Part shown: one piece after another, positions 7,354 through 18,081 of the stretch
Layout of the letters: every line of letters begins with the position of its first letter
How positions within the stretch are numbered: position 1 is the stretch's first letter
Source: Gemmatimonadales bacterium
GTDB lineage: Bacteria; Gemmatimonadota; Gemmatimonadetes; Gemmatimonadales; GWC2-71-9
DNA: 64,000 nt
Assembly (NCBI GenBank): GCA_037189525.1
Contig: JBBCJC010000002.1
Coordinates: 1 to 64,000 of the forward strand
Direction of reading: 5' to 3'
Notes under the pieces: generated by a model
What the model was told of the DNA's origin: nothing
Seen by the model: only the letters and a program-made list of their open reading frames with translations
Database searches by the model: none
Position numbers and translations under genes: made by a program

Positions 7354-8496
7354 ATGAATATGCTCGTGCTTGGCGCCGGCCTTCAGGGGTGCGCGTGTGC
7401 CCACAATCTGCTCCAGGATCCCGCCGTCGAGCGGGTCACCCTCGCGGACCTCAAGACCGATCGCCTTCCTAGATTCCTGGCCCCGCTCGTCGGTGACCGC
7501 CTCAAAACCGTAACCCTCGATGCCAGCGATCTCCCGGCCGTCACGAAGCTGATGGCCGAGCACGACGCGGTGATGTGCGCCCTCCCCTATTACTTCAATG
7601 AGCCGATGACGCGGGCCGCCATCGAGGCCGGAGCGCACTTTGCCGATCTCGGCGGCAACACCGATATTGTCTTCCAGCAAAAGAAGCTCGACGAAGCCGC
7701 ATTGGCCAAGAAGCTGTCCGTCATTCCGGACTGCGGCCTGGCCCCCGGCATGGTGAACATCCTGGCCGCCGAGGCCATTCGCCGCCTCGACCAGACGCAA
7801 TCGGTCAAGATCTACGTCGGCGGCCTGCCGCAGCAGCCCGAGCCCCCGCTCAATTATCAGATCGTCTACTCGTTAGAAGGTGCGCTCGACTACTACACCA
7901 CCCCGTCGTGGGTGCTGCGCAACGGCAAACCGGCGCAGGTCGACGCGTTGAGCGAACTCGAATCGCAGGAGTTTGCGGAGCCGGTTGGTACGCTCGAGGC
8001 CTTCCATACCGGCGGCGGGATCAGCACCATGCCGTTTGCCTTCGAAGGCAAGATCGAGACGATGGAATACAAGACGCTCCGCTATCCCGGCCACGTCGCG
8101 CTGATGCGGCCGATCCGGGAGCTGGGCCTGATCTCGAACGATCCGATTACGGTCAAAGGCACGTCGATCAGTCCGCGCGACGTCTTCATCGCGGCGGTGC
8201 AGCCCAAGTTGTTCAAGCCGGAAGGGCGCGACCTGGTGGCACTCCGCGTCGTGGCCAACGGACTTCGCGACGGGAAGGAACGCTCGGTGGTCTTCGAACT
8301 GCTCGACTACTACGACGAACAACTCGGCGTGAGCGCGATGATGCGCACCACGGGGTATTCTCTCGCCACCACCGGCCTGCTTCAGGCCAAGGGCGAGGTT
8401 ACCAACCTGGGCGTCAAGACGCCCGACGAGGCGACGCCGTTCGAACCGTACGTCAAACGGCTGGCCGAGTTTGGAGTGATCATCAGGGAGTGCTGA
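7354..8496 (+). CDS. Saccharopine dehydrogenase / lysine 6-dehydrogenase family
   Basis: GAGLQG Rossmann motif, DCGLAPG, YKTLRYPGH. Confidence 0.9.
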   Translation: MNMLVLGAGLQGCACAHNLLQDPAVERVTLADLKTDRLPRFLAPLVGDRLKTVTLDASDLPAVTKLMAEHDAVMCALPYYFNEPMTRAAIEAGAHFADLGGNTDIVFQQKKLDEAALAKKLSVIPDCGLAPGMVNILAAEAIRRLDQTQSVKIYVGGLPQQPEPPLNYQIVYSLEGALDYYTTPSWVLRNGKPAQVDALSELESQEFAEPVGTLEAFHTGGGISTMPFAFEGKIETMEYKTLRYPGHVALMRPIRELGLISNDPITVKGTSISPRDVFIAAVQPKLFKPEGRDLVALRVVANGLRDGKERSVVFELLDYYDEQLGVSAMMRTTGYSLATTGLLQAKGEVTNLGVKTPDEATPFEPYVKRLAEFGVIIREC

Positions 8497-8535
8497 ACGG
8501 ATGGGCAGGATCTGAGCGCAGCCACCGGGTTGCGC

Positions 8536-9768
8536 TCAGAATGTCCAGCCAGTCCCCATCGAGAAGTTGAAGCCGTTCGCCCCACCCGCGAAGTTTGCGG
8601 TCAGGATGGCCGAACGGAGTACGCGGACCGCGACACCACCCCCGCCGCCGAACTGACTGGTTCGATCGAAGGTAAGCGCCCTGCCATCGCGCGACTGCGC
8701 CCAGTCGGCAAACCCGAGCAACGTGACGGCGCCAAAGTCGCCGGCGTTGAGGAGATCGTGCCTGAGCTCGAGGCTCGCGAGCGTGAAGCGCGATCCTGCC
8801 AGCGCACCGAGCGGAAAGCTCCGATGCCCTTCCGCACCAGCCGTGGCGAGCTCCCGCTCCCAGCCGGGAATCGTGAACCGCGCACTGAGCGGCGCCTCGT
8901 CGTCGAGCGCGCGGAAGAGTACGCGCCCGGCCAGGACCGTCCCGTCGCGCGGCGACACATATCCGCGCAGGTGGGTGTAGAACAAACCGTACGACTGGGT
9001 TTCCCCGGCCTCTCCGAAGGTACCGCGCGACCCGCCGGTTCCGAGCCCACCGCCCACCTCCAGCAGCACGCCGTTGCCCGGTGTGAACTCGCGATCACGA
9101 GTATCGAGAACCAACGCTGGACGAACGAGCAGATTGCTGCGCTCGACCGCGCCGCCGAAATCGGTGCGAAAGCGGGAGTTCGTCGGTTCGAGCGGAAGGA
9201 GGTCGGTGTGATCGAACGAGGCTCCCAGCGCAAACCGGAGCGGCCCGGCGATTCGGCGGGTTACTTCGCCCTGCGCCAGGTAACGGACCCGGCGAATCCG
9301 AAACTCATCACTGTTCGGATTGGCGGCGGTCTCGGTCCGCTCGTAATCACCGCCAAAACCATAGTAACCGAACCGGGCATGGCGCTCGGCGGCCAGGTAG
9401 CCACGGAACCGCCAGCCGTCGACCACCGCCGGGCCACGAAACTCGACCCGCCCGAATCGGCTCCCGGAAGTCCCGATACCGGCCTCGATCGAAAACGCAC
9501 CCCGAAACGTGACCGGATTGATCACGTCCCGATCATCGCTCTGCGAAATGAAATAGGGAGCGTTCTGGGTCCGCTGCCATCGGGCCACCAGCATGACGCC
9601 GTCGGCCGGATTCCCGATCACATAGGGGAAGTAACTGCTGCGATAGGGCTCCTGGGCAACTACAGGCGTTGCCAACAGACCCATGAGCCCGATGGCCACC
9701 AATCCGCACCAAGCAGACCGCGCCGGGTTCCGATCGCCCTCGCAATGACGAACCTGTAAATCGGTCAC
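8536..9768 (-). CDS. Omp85/BamA-TamA family outer-membrane beta-barrel protein
   Basis: Amphipathic strands, DTRD..F.P..G motif, C-terminal GWTF; GTG start after GGAG (start uncertain). Confidence 0.75.
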   Translation of the reverse strand: MTDLQVRHCEGDRNPARSAWCGLVAIGLMGLLATPVVAQEPYRSSYFPYVIGNPADGVMLVARWQRTQNAPYFISQSDDRDVINPVTFRGAFSIEAGIGTSGSRFGRVEFRGPAVVDGWRFRGYLAAERHARFGYYGFGGDYERTETAANPNSDEFRIRRVRYLAQGEVTRRIAGPLRFALGASFDHTDLLPLEPTNSRFRTDFGGAVERSNLLVRPALVLDTRDREFTPGNGVLLEVGGGLGTGGSRGTFGEAGETQSYGLFYTHLRGYVSPRDGTVLAGRVLFRALDDEAPLSARFTIPGWERELATAGAEGHRSFPLGALAGSRFTLASLELRHDLLNAGDFGAVTLLGFADWAQSRDGRALTFDRTSQFGGGGGVAVRVLRSAILTANFAGGANGFNFSMGTGWTF

Positions 9769-9957
9769 TCCGAACTCCCTGTCCAGCCCCCAGTACTCGG
9801 CGGCACACCCCGATTGCCACCCGATTTCCGGCAAGGAATAGGACGTGCCGAGCCCCATCTGTCAACTTGGTCCAACGTCCCGATCTGCCACACGCTGCCT
9901 TCCGCTCCACCGGCCAAACACGTAGCTTCGGGCAACTTTCGCCCATAGATCACTCAG

Positions 9958-11052
9958 ATGACGTTCGGCCGCAACTTCCTTCCCGGACCGACGGGGGTTC
10001 ACCCCGACCTGCTCACCGCGATGACGGCCCCGATGTTCGCGCACTATACCCCCGTGATGCGCCCCTTTCTGGAAGAGGTGCAGCCGGCCCTGCGCGAAAT
10101 GTTCGGCACCCAGCGACCGGTCTTTTCAGTCACCTGTTCGGGCAGCGGACTGCTCGAATCGGCCATCCGGAACGGCGTTCGCGAACGGGTCCTGGTCATC
10201 GATAGCGGCTTCTTTGGCGGATATTTCGCCACCATCGCCGAGCGATGCGGCAAAGAGGTGATCAGGATCCACGTGCCGCTCGGCCAAACACTCGAGGCGG
10301 AGCAATTGGAGGCGCTGCTGGACGGACCGGAAGTCGACGCGGTGGCACTGGTTCATTCCGAATCGAGTGCCGGCAGCTTGGCACCGCTCGAAACGCTGGC
10401 CCCCGTGGTTCGCCGCCGACCCGACACGATGCTGCTGGTCGACGCCGTCAGCTCGGCCGCCGCGACCCCGATCGAGATGGACCGATTGGGCATCGACTTC
10501 GTCGTCGCCGGGTCGCAGAAAGCCATGGCGCTGCCACCGGGCCTGGCGTTCGGGGCCGCCAGCGAACGGCTCGAAGCCCGGGCCCGCACCCTGCCCAACG
10601 TCGGACACTATTTCAGCGTGCCACGCTGGGTCCGCATGGCCGCCGAGTATGATCTCTTCGAAACTCCGGCGCTGTCGCTGCACTTTGCGTTGCACCGGCA
10701 GATCCAGCGGATCGCCGAGAGCGGCGGATGGGCCGCCCGCTGGGCGCGGCATCAGGCCCTGGCCGGCCACTTTGCCGAATGGGCTGCGCAACAACCAGGG
10801 GTCGAATTATTGGCCCGCCCCGGCCGGCGCTCACCGGCGGTATCGGTCATCCGTCTCACCGCGGGGCAGAACCCCGAGTTGGTCGCCGGCCGGCTGGCCG
10901 AGGAGGGCTTCCTGGTGGGCAAGTCGATCGACCCCGCCCACGGCCCGCTGCTCCGCATCGGCCATATGGGCGACATCGAGCTGCACCACCTCGACCAGCT
11001 CCTCGCGCTGCTGACGCCCTTGCTCAGGCCAAGCTCGGGCGGCGATCATTGA
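9958..11052 (+). CDS. Class V aminotransferase (alanine-glyoxylate/serine-pyruvate type)
   Basis: PGPT, VHSESSAG, DAVSS, GSQKAMALPPG, RIGHMG. Confidence 0.9.
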   Translation: MTFGRNFLPGPTGVHPDLLTAMTAPMFAHYTPVMRPFLEEVQPALREMFGTQRPVFSVTCSGSGLLESAIRNGVRERVLVIDSGFFGGYFATIAERCGKEVIRIHVPLGQTLEAEQLEALLDGPEVDAVALVHSESSAGSLAPLETLAPVVRRRPDTMLLVDAVSSAAATPIEMDRLGIDFVVAGSQKAMALPPGLAFGAASERLEARARTLPNVGHYFSVPRWVRMAAEYDLFETPALSLHFALHRQIQRIAESGGWAARWARHQALAGHFAEWAAQQPGVELLARPGRRSPAVSVIRLTAGQNPELVAGRLAEEGFLVGKSIDPAHGPLLRIGHMGDIELHHLDQLLALLTPLLRPSSGGDH

Positions 11053-11076
11053 CCCGAACCTTTCGGAGTTGATGAC

Positions 11077-11682
11077 ATGACCGGATTCTCACCGCGGTGG
11101 CTGCTCGCACCGATGCTCGCAACGACCCTGGCCGCATCGGCGCATGCCCAAGCCCGGATGGAGTTTACGCCGTTCGTCGGCGCTTTCGTTCCGACCTCGA
11201 ATCTCGCCACGGTCCCGATCACCAGCTCGGTCACGGCCCGCGGCAAGCTGGCGACGGCTCCAGCGTTCGGAGCCCGATTTTCGCTCATCGGCCAGAGCGG
11301 ACTGGGCGTCGAAGCATCCTATTTCTACGCCGCGAGCAAGCTCAAACTCTCGACCGGGCCGCTGAGCCAATCGATCGACGGCCACACCGAAGGCGGCACG
11401 CTCAAGCTCGTCTTCCAACCGCGGCAGACCGGATCGGTCGGCTTCGCCTTTTCGGGCGGCGTGGGTGGCGTGAAGCACGCCGGTGACATCTTCGACGTGC
11501 TGAGCGATCAGTTCGACATCGGCGGCGTGCTGGGCGCGGGCGTCCGCATTCCGCTCTCACCCGGCATGATGGTGCGCATCGACGGCGAAGGATTCCTCTA
11601 TAGTTGGAGCGCGGGCGAGCCCTTCAACTCCGCTTCACAGACCACGCTGCTCCTCTCGGCCGGTCTCGCCATCCGCCTCTGA
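11077..11682 (+). CDS. Small outer-membrane beta-barrel protein
   Basis: Signal peptide (AHA|Q), alternating beta strands. Confidence 0.7.
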   Translation: MTGFSPRWLLAPMLATTLAASAHAQARMEFTPFVGAFVPTSNLATVPITSSVTARGKLATAPAFGARFSLIGQSGLGVEASYFYAASKLKLSTGPLSQSIDGHTEGGTLKLVFQPRQTGSVGFAFSGGVGGVKHAGDIFDVLSDQFDIGGVLGAGVRIPLSPGMMVRIDGEGFLYSWSAGEPFNSASQTTLLLSAGLAIRL

Positions 11683-12257
11683 TGCGCCGGATTGCCAATT
11701 ACTTCCTCCGCGGGCTCCTGATCACGGCGCCCGCGGCGCTCACGATCTACGTTTGCTGGGCAGCAATCAGCTGGGCCGACTCGCTGCTCGGCGTTCCGAT
11801 TCCCGGCGCGGGACTGATTGCGGCCCTCGCCGTCATCACGGTGATCGGCGCCCTGGCCTCGAACTTCCTGACCCGATCACTGGTCTCGACTGCCGATCGC
11901 ATCCTGGCCCGCCTGCCGCTGGTGCGGCTCCTCTATACCAGCATCAAAGATCTCCTCAACGCCTTCGTCGGAGAGCATCGGCGTTTCAACCGGCCGGTTC
12001 GGGCCCGGATCGGTGAAGGCAGCGCCGAGGTGTATGTGCTCGGCTTCGTGACGGCGGAATCGCTGTCGCATTTTGGTCTCGACGGCCATGTCGCCGTCTA
12101 TGTTCCGTTTTCCTACAGTGTCGCAGGCCATGTGCTGATCCTCCCGGCCGACCGCGTCATTCCATTGGCGGTCGATGCAGCCGACACGATGGCATTTCTC
12201 GTCTCCGGCGGTGTGACGCGAACTGCAGCAGATCGGCAGACGACCCCACCGACGTAA
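11682..12257 (+). CDS. DUF502 family membrane protein
   Basis: FLRGLL..P..LT, RLPLVR.LY..IK, AVYVP, FLVSGG. Confidence 0.85.
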   Translation: MRRIANYFLRGLLITAPAALTIYVCWAAISWADSLLGVPIPGAGLIAALAVITVIGALASNFLTRSLVSTADRILARLPLVRLLYTSIKDLLNAFVGEHRRFNRPVRARIGEGSAEVYVLGFVTAESLSHFGLDGHVAVYVPFSYSVAGHVLILPADRVIPLAVDAADTMAFLVSGGVTRTAADRQTTPPT

Positions 12258-12309
12258 CCGCGCCACCCGCAACCGTGGCGCGATCGGACCGACACCACGG
12301 GAGCGGAAG

Positions 12310-13098
12310 ATGACCACCAGACGGGCACTAGAGTTGAGCGCGATCCTCGCGCTTGGCGCGCTGATCGGATGCGACTCGGACAGTAACGGTCCCAGCGAGC
12401 CGAGCGATCCGGCCGAAGCCGCCGCGCTCAATCAGCATGTCGCGACACACACCGGCGAGGCCGCCGCACAAGACATCGAGATGATGGGCGCGCCAGGCGG
12501 GCAACTCGGCCTGGGTCTTTCCGCCGGCGGTGTGGGTACCGTCTACCGACCCTTCCGCTGCAGCTCGGGAGAAATCGACCTTCGCAACATCAGTCTGAGC
12601 TGGTCGTGCGTCTTCAAGGATGCCGCCGGCACCGTGCAGACCAGGTATGACGACCAAACCACCGAATCGGTGGAAACTCAGTTCAGCTTCTCCGCAGCCA
12701 TCGAACGCCCCAATTGGAGCGCCTCGGTCGAGCGCGAGCGCGAGATTCGGGTCTCCGGACTCACCGGCAACGAAACGACCTGGACCTGGAACGGCTCGGG
12801 CTCGGGATCCTCGACGCGAGAACGCCATCGGGGCGAAACGACGCGCGAGTATTCGACGGAAGGCTCCTTCTCGATCGACGATGTCGTCGTTCCGGCGGTG
12901 CGGAGCGAGAGCAACTGGCCGACCTCGGGCACCATCAATGCCCAGATCACGGCCACCATCGTCGGCGGCCCCAATGACGGCGAACGTTATCAGCGCGACG
13001 TCACCGTCACATTCAACGGGACCAACCTGGTGCCCATCACGGTCAACGACACCGAATACACGTTCAACCTAGCCACGCGCCGTATCGTCGAGGAATAA
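12310..13098 (+). CDS. Putative lipoprotein
   Basis: Lipobox LIGC; beta-rich, Thr/Ser-rich body. Confidence 0.75.
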   Translation: MTTRRALELSAILALGALIGCDSDSNGPSEPSDPAEAAALNQHVATHTGEAAAQDIEMMGAPGGQLGLGLSAGGVGTVYRPFRCSSGEIDLRNISLSWSCVFKDAAGTVQTRYDDQTTESVETQFSFSAAIERPNWSASVEREREIRVSGLTGNETTWTWNGSGSGSSTRERHRGETTREYSTEGSFSIDDVVVPAVRSESNWPTSGTINAQITATIVGGPNDGERYQRDVTVTFNGTNLVPITVNDTEYTFNLATRRIVEE

Positions 13099-13121
13099 TT
13101 CCCGCGCCGTCCACGCCTGAC

Positions 13122-13156
13122 CGCATCCCTGCAAGGCACTACCTTGCAGGGATGCG
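13122..13156 (+). promoter_or_regulatory. Perfect 15-bp inverted repeat overlapping the selO -10 element and start codon
   Basis: CGCATCCCTGCAAGG-CACTA-CCTTGCAGGGATGCG. Confidence 0.6.
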
Positions 13157-14618
13157 TGATCCGTTTGCCCTGTCCTTCGACAATCGGTTTGCCCGGCTGC
13201 ATCCGGCCTTCTACGAGGTGATCGACCCCACCCCGTTGAATCAGCCCTACCTGGTGGCCTTCAATCCGGATGCGGCCCGGCTGATCGACCTTCCGCCAGC
13301 CGCCGCCGATCACCCCGATGCCGCCGCCTATCTGTCCGGCGCCAAGCGCATGCCCGGCGCCGAGCCGCTGGCGATGATCTACGCCGGCCACCAGTTCGGC
13401 GTCTGGGTGCCCCAGTTGGGCGACGGCCGCGCCATTCTGCTCGGGCAGGTCACCAATCAGCGCGGCGAACACTGGGACATCCAGCTCAAAGGGTCCGGGA
13501 TGACCCGGTTCTCGCGCATGGGCGATGGGCGGGCCGTGCTTCGCTCAACCATTCGCGAATACCTGGCCTCCGAAGCCATGCACGGGCTCGGCATCCCGAC
13601 CACCCGGGCATTGGCAATCGTCGGCAGCGACGATCCGGTCTATCGCGAGACACCGGAAACCGCAGCCACGTTGATACGTTTGGCGCCCAGTCACATCCGC
13701 TTCGGCAGCTTTCAGATTTTCGCCGCGCGCGGCCAGCCAGAGCGCAGCCGCGAACTGGCCGATCACGTCCTCGAATGGCACGAACCGGACCTGGTCGGTC
13801 GCCCCGATCGCTACGAACGCTGGCTGGAACGGGTGGTGGATCGCACTGCGCAGCTGATGGCCGCGTGGATGGCGGTCGGGTTTGCGCACGGCGTGATGAA
13901 TACCGACAACATGTCGGTGCTGGGCCTGACGCTCGACTACGGCCCGTACGGCTTCATGGAAGCGTACGAGCCGGGGTTCATCTGCAATCACAGCGATCAC
14001 GAGGGTCGCTACGCCTTCGACCGCCAGCCGGCCATCGGCCTGTGGAACCTGGCCCGCTTTGCCGAGTCGCTGCTCGAGCTGGTGTCCTTCGAGGCGGCCA
14101 ACGCGGCGCTCAACCGCTACCCCACGGCATTCGACCAGCGCTACGGCGAGCTAATGCGCAGCAAGTTGGGCCTGGCGACTGCGGAAGCCGAAGACACAGC
14201 ATTGATCGGAGAGCTGCTGTCGCTGATGGCCGCCAATCGGGTCGACTACACCAATTGGTTCCGCTCCTTGAGCGGGGTTCCGTCGGACGCTGCGGCCGCG
14301 CCCGAATCGCTGCGCAGCCGCGTGCACGACCTCGAACGTCTCGACGCGTGGATCGCGCGCTATGCGACGCGGCTCCGCAGCGAGCAGCGTCCAGACTCCG
14401 AACGGGCCGCCGGGATGAATCGGGTCAATCCCAAGTACGTGCTGCGAAATTATCTGGCACAAGGTGCCATCGATGCGGCGCTGCGGAAGGATTTCAGCGA
14501 GATCGAGTCGCTGCGGAGGGTGCTCGCCACGCCGTTCGACGAGCACCCCGATCAGATACGATATGCAGAGCCGGCCCCGCCCTGGGCGCGCGACCTAGTG
14601 GTGAGCTGCTCGTCCTAA
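13152..14618 (+). CDS. selO: Protein adenylyltransferase SelO/YdiU
   Basis: YAGHQFG, LGDGRA, LKGSG.T.FSR.GDGRAVLRS, HGVMNTDN, DYGP, C-terminal SCSS. Confidence 0.96.
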   Translation: MRDPFALSFDNRFARLHPAFYEVIDPTPLNQPYLVAFNPDAARLIDLPPAAADHPDAAAYLSGAKRMPGAEPLAMIYAGHQFGVWVPQLGDGRAILLGQVTNQRGEHWDIQLKGSGMTRFSRMGDGRAVLRSTIREYLASEAMHGLGIPTTRALAIVGSDDPVYRETPETAATLIRLAPSHIRFGSFQIFAARGQPERSRELADHVLEWHEPDLVGRPDRYERWLERVVDRTAQLMAAWMAVGFAHGVMNTDNMSVLGLTLDYGPYGFMEAYEPGFICNHSDHEGRYAFDRQPAIGLWNLARFAESLLELVSFEAANAALNRYPTAFDQRYGELMRSKLGLATAEAEDTALIGELLSLMAANRVDYTNWFRSLSGVPSDAAAAPESLRSRVHDLERLDAWIARYATRLRSEQRPDSERAAGMNRVNPKYVLRNYLAQGAIDAALRKDFSEIESLRRVLATPFDEHPDQIRYAEPAPPWARDLVVSCSS

Positions 14619-15472
14619 CGGGCGGCGAAGGTATCACACTGGTCGACCCGGCCGGACCGGAAGCCCCGGGTAAACCACTGCATCCGCTGTTCGGACGTCC
14701 CGTGCGTGAAAGCATCAGGATTGACGTACCCCTGTCCGGCTTTCTGGATCCGATCGTCGCCCACGGCGGCGGCAGCACCGAGTCCTTCCTCGATGTCGCC
14801 CTCGTCGAGCAGACCCATCCGGCTGGTGGCATGTCCCCAGACACCGGCCAGACAATCGGCCTGCAGTTCCATCCGCACCTGCACCTGGTTGGCCCCCGCC
14901 GGATTCGACTGCTGCATTTGGCGAACCCGCTGCTCCACACCCAACAGGGTCTGGACGTGGTGGCCGATTTCGTGGGCCAGCACGTACGCCTGGGCAAAGT
15001 CGCCCGGCGCGCCGAACCGGCGATCGAGGTCGTCGAAGAATCCGAGGTCGATATAGACCCGGTGGTCGCCAGGACAGTAGAAAGGTCCGATGGCCGACTG
15101 CGCCGCGCCGCAAGCCGATTGGACCGCGTCACGGAAGAGCACCAGCCGGGCACGACTGTATTGCGCACCCATTTCCGCGAAGGTCCGCTCCCAGAAGTTC
15201 TGGGTGCTGTCGAGCACGAACGACACGAACTGAACCTGCCGCTCTTCCTCCGGCGATGACGTGACCGGCCCCGCTTCGACCCCGGCAGCCGGCCCTCCCA
15301 CTCCCGCGCCGCCCAACAGACTGAAAAAGTCCTGTTTGAAGACCACGCTCAGCACCAGGAGCAGCAGCAACCCGCCGACACCGAGGCCGCGACCGCCCCC
15401 CAGGCGCATCCCTCCGCCGCTGCCGCGCCGATCTTCGATATCGGAACTGGTCCTGCCCGGTTTCCATTTCAT
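14615..15472 (-). CDS. Neutral zinc metallopeptidase (YpfJ-like)
   Basis: IEDRRG, GPFYCP.D, AHEIGHHVQ, ELQADC, FTHGTSEQR. Confidence 0.92.
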   Translation of the reverse strand: MKWKPGRTSSDIEDRRGSGGGMRLGGGRGLGVGGLLLLLVLSVVFKQDFFSLLGGAGVGGPAAGVEAGPVTSSPEEERQVQFVSFVLDSTQNFWERTFAEMGAQYSRARLVLFRDAVQSACGAAQSAIGPFYCPGDHRVYIDLGFFDDLDRRFGAPGDFAQAYVLAHEIGHHVQTLLGVEQRVRQMQQSNPAGANQVQVRMELQADCLAGVWGHATSRMGLLDEGDIEEGLGAAAAVGDDRIQKAGQGYVNPDAFTHGTSEQRMQWFTRGFRSGRVDQCDTFAAR

Positions 15473-15598
15473 GATCGTGTCTCTTCTGCCAATGTTGCAG
15501 ATGTTAGTGCCTGCCGAAAGGTAGCGCCTCGCACCGATACGGCGAGATCACCCACCCCGCTTGGCCGGCAGCCGGGCATCCCCCTAGCTTTCCCGGCT

Positions 15599-16729
15599 GT
15601 GCCGATGCGTTCTGGTGCCCAGCTGGTTGCGCGAGCCCTGGAGGTCGAGGGCGTTCGCCTGGTGTTCGGAAACCCCACCCCGAACGATATCGCCCTGTTC
15701 GATATCCTGGCCGAGTCCGGCCAGGTCAGGCCGGTCGTGGTATCGCAGGAGACCCATGCCGTCCGAATGGCCATCGGCGCCTGGCAGACCGGGCGGATCC
15801 CGGCATGCATCACCGTGTCCGGCGACGCCGGTATCACAGCTGCGATTCCCGGCCTGGCCGAGGCCAGCTCCTCAGGAATTCCCCTGCTGGCGCTGGCCAT
15901 CGGTGCGAGCGACGCCGGCATCGGTCGGCTCGGCCCGTTCTGTTCCGCATCCCAATGTCCCAAGACCGGGACAGCAGTCTGTGACACCATCCGACACGCC
16001 GCCGATCAGGCCCGGCAGGTAGCAGGTCCGATTGCGATCGGCCTCCCAACCTCCCTGCTGGACACGAACTGGTCAAGCCACGAGATCGAAACCTCCGGCG
16101 CTCACCCGGCCCCATCAGCGCCCAAAACAGAGACCCGATCCGACCAACGCCCTGCCGCGCGGGAAGCTCTGCTCAGCCGCCTGGCCACCCGGCTCGGCCC
16201 GACCGCGCGCTTCATCGCGGATCCGGCCATCGGTGCGCGCACGCAGGAACAACTCGGCCTCGGCGCGGATCAGTATCTCACCCCCGCCGGCGCCATGCGC
16301 ACCGGGAGCGCGATACCCGTCGCCATCGGTGCCAAGCTGGCGCAACCCGCCCTTCCGATCATCGCATTGGCCGACGAAGACGGCTTCCTGGCCAGCGGTA
16401 CCGAGTTGCTCACCGCCGTCACGACAGGCGCGGCAGTCATCGTCGTGATCATGCGGACCAGGCGACACGACGACACGCTCCCGCGATTCGATGCCGGCAG
16501 CCTGGCCGACGCGATCGGGGTGGAATGGATCCGGCTCGATCGGGACGGCGCCGTCGGCGATGCGCTGGATTATCTGGCCTTCGTGACCGGACAGGGTCGC
16601 CCGATGGTGCTCGAAACGGTCATCGACGAGCCGGCCTCGGCTGCTCCCGGGCTCTCGATCGCGTCGTCCGCGTTCGGGAGTCGCCTGTCCCGACTGTTCG
16701 GCCAGCTCCGCCGCCGTCTCAGACCTTGA
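15599..16729 (+). CDS. Thiamine-diphosphate enzyme-like protein, degenerate
   Basis: SGAQLV..L..EGV..VFG.P N-domain; C-domain G.AIP.AIGAKLA.P; central domain missing; GDG motif altered. Confidence 0.7.
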   Translation: MPMRSGAQLVARALEVEGVRLVFGNPTPNDIALFDILAESGQVRPVVVSQETHAVRMAIGAWQTGRIPACITVSGDAGITAAIPGLAEASSSGIPLLALAIGASDAGIGRLGPFCSASQCPKTGTAVCDTIRHAADQARQVAGPIAIGLPTSLLDTNWSSHEIETSGAHPAPSAPKTETRSDQRPAAREALLSRLATRLGPTARFIADPAIGARTQEQLGLGADQYLTPAGAMRTGSAIPVAIGAKLAQPALPIIALADEDGFLASGTELLTAVTTGAAVIVVIMRTRRHDDTLPRFDAGSLADAIGVEWIRLDRDGAVGDALDYLAFVTGQGRPMVLETVIDEPASAAPGLSIASSAFGSRLSRLFGQLRRRLRP

Positions 16730-17978
16730 AGCCGCTCACGGCGCCGGTCAGACGCTCGCCGGCGCCCGCAAGCTGCGTAGCAGAAGCGGTGATCTCCTCG
16801 GTCGCCGCGTTGAGTTCCTGAGCCGCCGCGGCCATTTCCTGCGCCGAAGCGGCGTGCGACTCGACCCCAGCAGCCAACTCGCGACTGCGGCCGGCAATGG
16901 CTTCGATCAGGACCCGGACTTCGTTGGCCGCCCGTGACACACCGCGGGTCCAGTCGTCGATGCCTTCCGCTTCCTGCGTAACGTTCTTGAGCCCCTCGAC
17001 CGCCGCCACCGCGGCTTCTCGCGCCTGGAGCCCGCCTCGGCCCAGCCGGTGCATCCGGTCGCGCGCGGCATCGACTCGGGCCAGGATCAGCCGGACCGTT
17101 TCGCTGGTGGCGCCGGCCGTCTGCGCAGCTTGAGAGGCCAGCTTGCGCACCTCGTCGGCCACGACGGAGAACCCTTCGCCCTGCTCGCCGGCTCGCGCCG
17201 CCTCGATCGAGGCATTGAGGGAGACCACCCGGGTCTGCTTGGCAATCGCGCGCGACTGCTCCAGCAGGCGCTGAATTTCCGTCGCCGCCTCCGCCAGCGC
17301 CTCCGCCTCTTCGCTGCCCTTGGTAACCTCGGCGGAGAACCCTTCCAACGCCGCCGCGCTCTGGCCCAAGCGCTCCTGATGGGTCCGGGCCAGCGCCACC
17401 AGTTCGGAGTTCCGTTCCGCGGTCCGATGCGCGGCAGCGGCCACTTCCTGCGCAATCGACAGGATCCGGCCGGCATCGTCCGCGACACTCCGGATCAGGG
17501 TCGCCTGGGCGATGGCCCGATCGGTCAGGTCCGAGGTCGTGGTCGCCACGCTCTCGGTCGTCCCCATGACCTGATGGACGGCCTGCGATATCTCGTCGGA
17601 CAACTGGCTCGACTCCCGCGCCGAGGCGCGCACGGCGTCGGCCAACCGCCGCAACTCATGCACCATCAGGCGCAGCGAGTCGGTCAGCGGCCCACCGCCA
17701 ACGGCCAGGATCTGGCCTTCGGTAACCCGCAAGTCGCCCTTGGAGACCCTGAGAGCCACCTTCTCGGTTGCCGACAACGGTTCGATCAGGACCCGGCGGA
17801 ACCACTGGTCGACCAGCCAGATCGCCACCAGGGCGGAGACCAGAAAGACCAGCAGCGCAACCCAGGTGGGCCACGCGTCGCCGATTTCGAGCAGCAGCCA
17901 GACTACGGCCGCCAGCACGACCACCACGCCGAGCCCGGCCAGGCGGATCCGACGCGCCAAGGGATGAAGCGATGCCAT
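16719..17978 (-). CDS. Methyl-accepting chemotaxis protein without a periplasmic sensor domain
   Basis: Two adjacent TM helices, HAMP-like segment, [29 protein letters not shown]. Confidence 0.9.
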   Translation of the reverse strand: MASLHPLARRIRLAGLGVVVVLAAVVWLLLEIGDAWPTWVALLVFLVSALVAIWLVDQWFRRVLIEPLSATEKVALRVSKGDLRVTEGQILAVGGGPLTDSLRLMVHELRRLADAVRASARESSQLSDEISQAVHQVMGTTESVATTTSDLTDRAIAQATLIRSVADDAGRILSIAQEVAAAAHRTAERNSELVALARTHQERLGQSAAALEGFSAEVTKGSEEAEALAEAATEIQRLLEQSRAIAKQTRVVSLNASIEAARAGEQGEGFSVVADEVRKLASQAAQTAGATSETVRLILARVDAARDRMHRLGRGGLQAREAAVAAVEGLKNVTQEAEGIDDWTRGVSRAANEVRVLIEAIAGRSRELAAGVESHAASAQEMAAAAQELNAATEEITASATQLAGAGERLTGAVSGFKV

Positions 17979-18081
17979 AGGTGTAAGGTACGCCGGCCCC
18001 CCGCCCGGCTCCATCCTGTTGGCGGCGGCCCGGTTGGCGAACCTCCTTCCACCTGCCGGGCCATCCGTCTTTTATTCTGCC

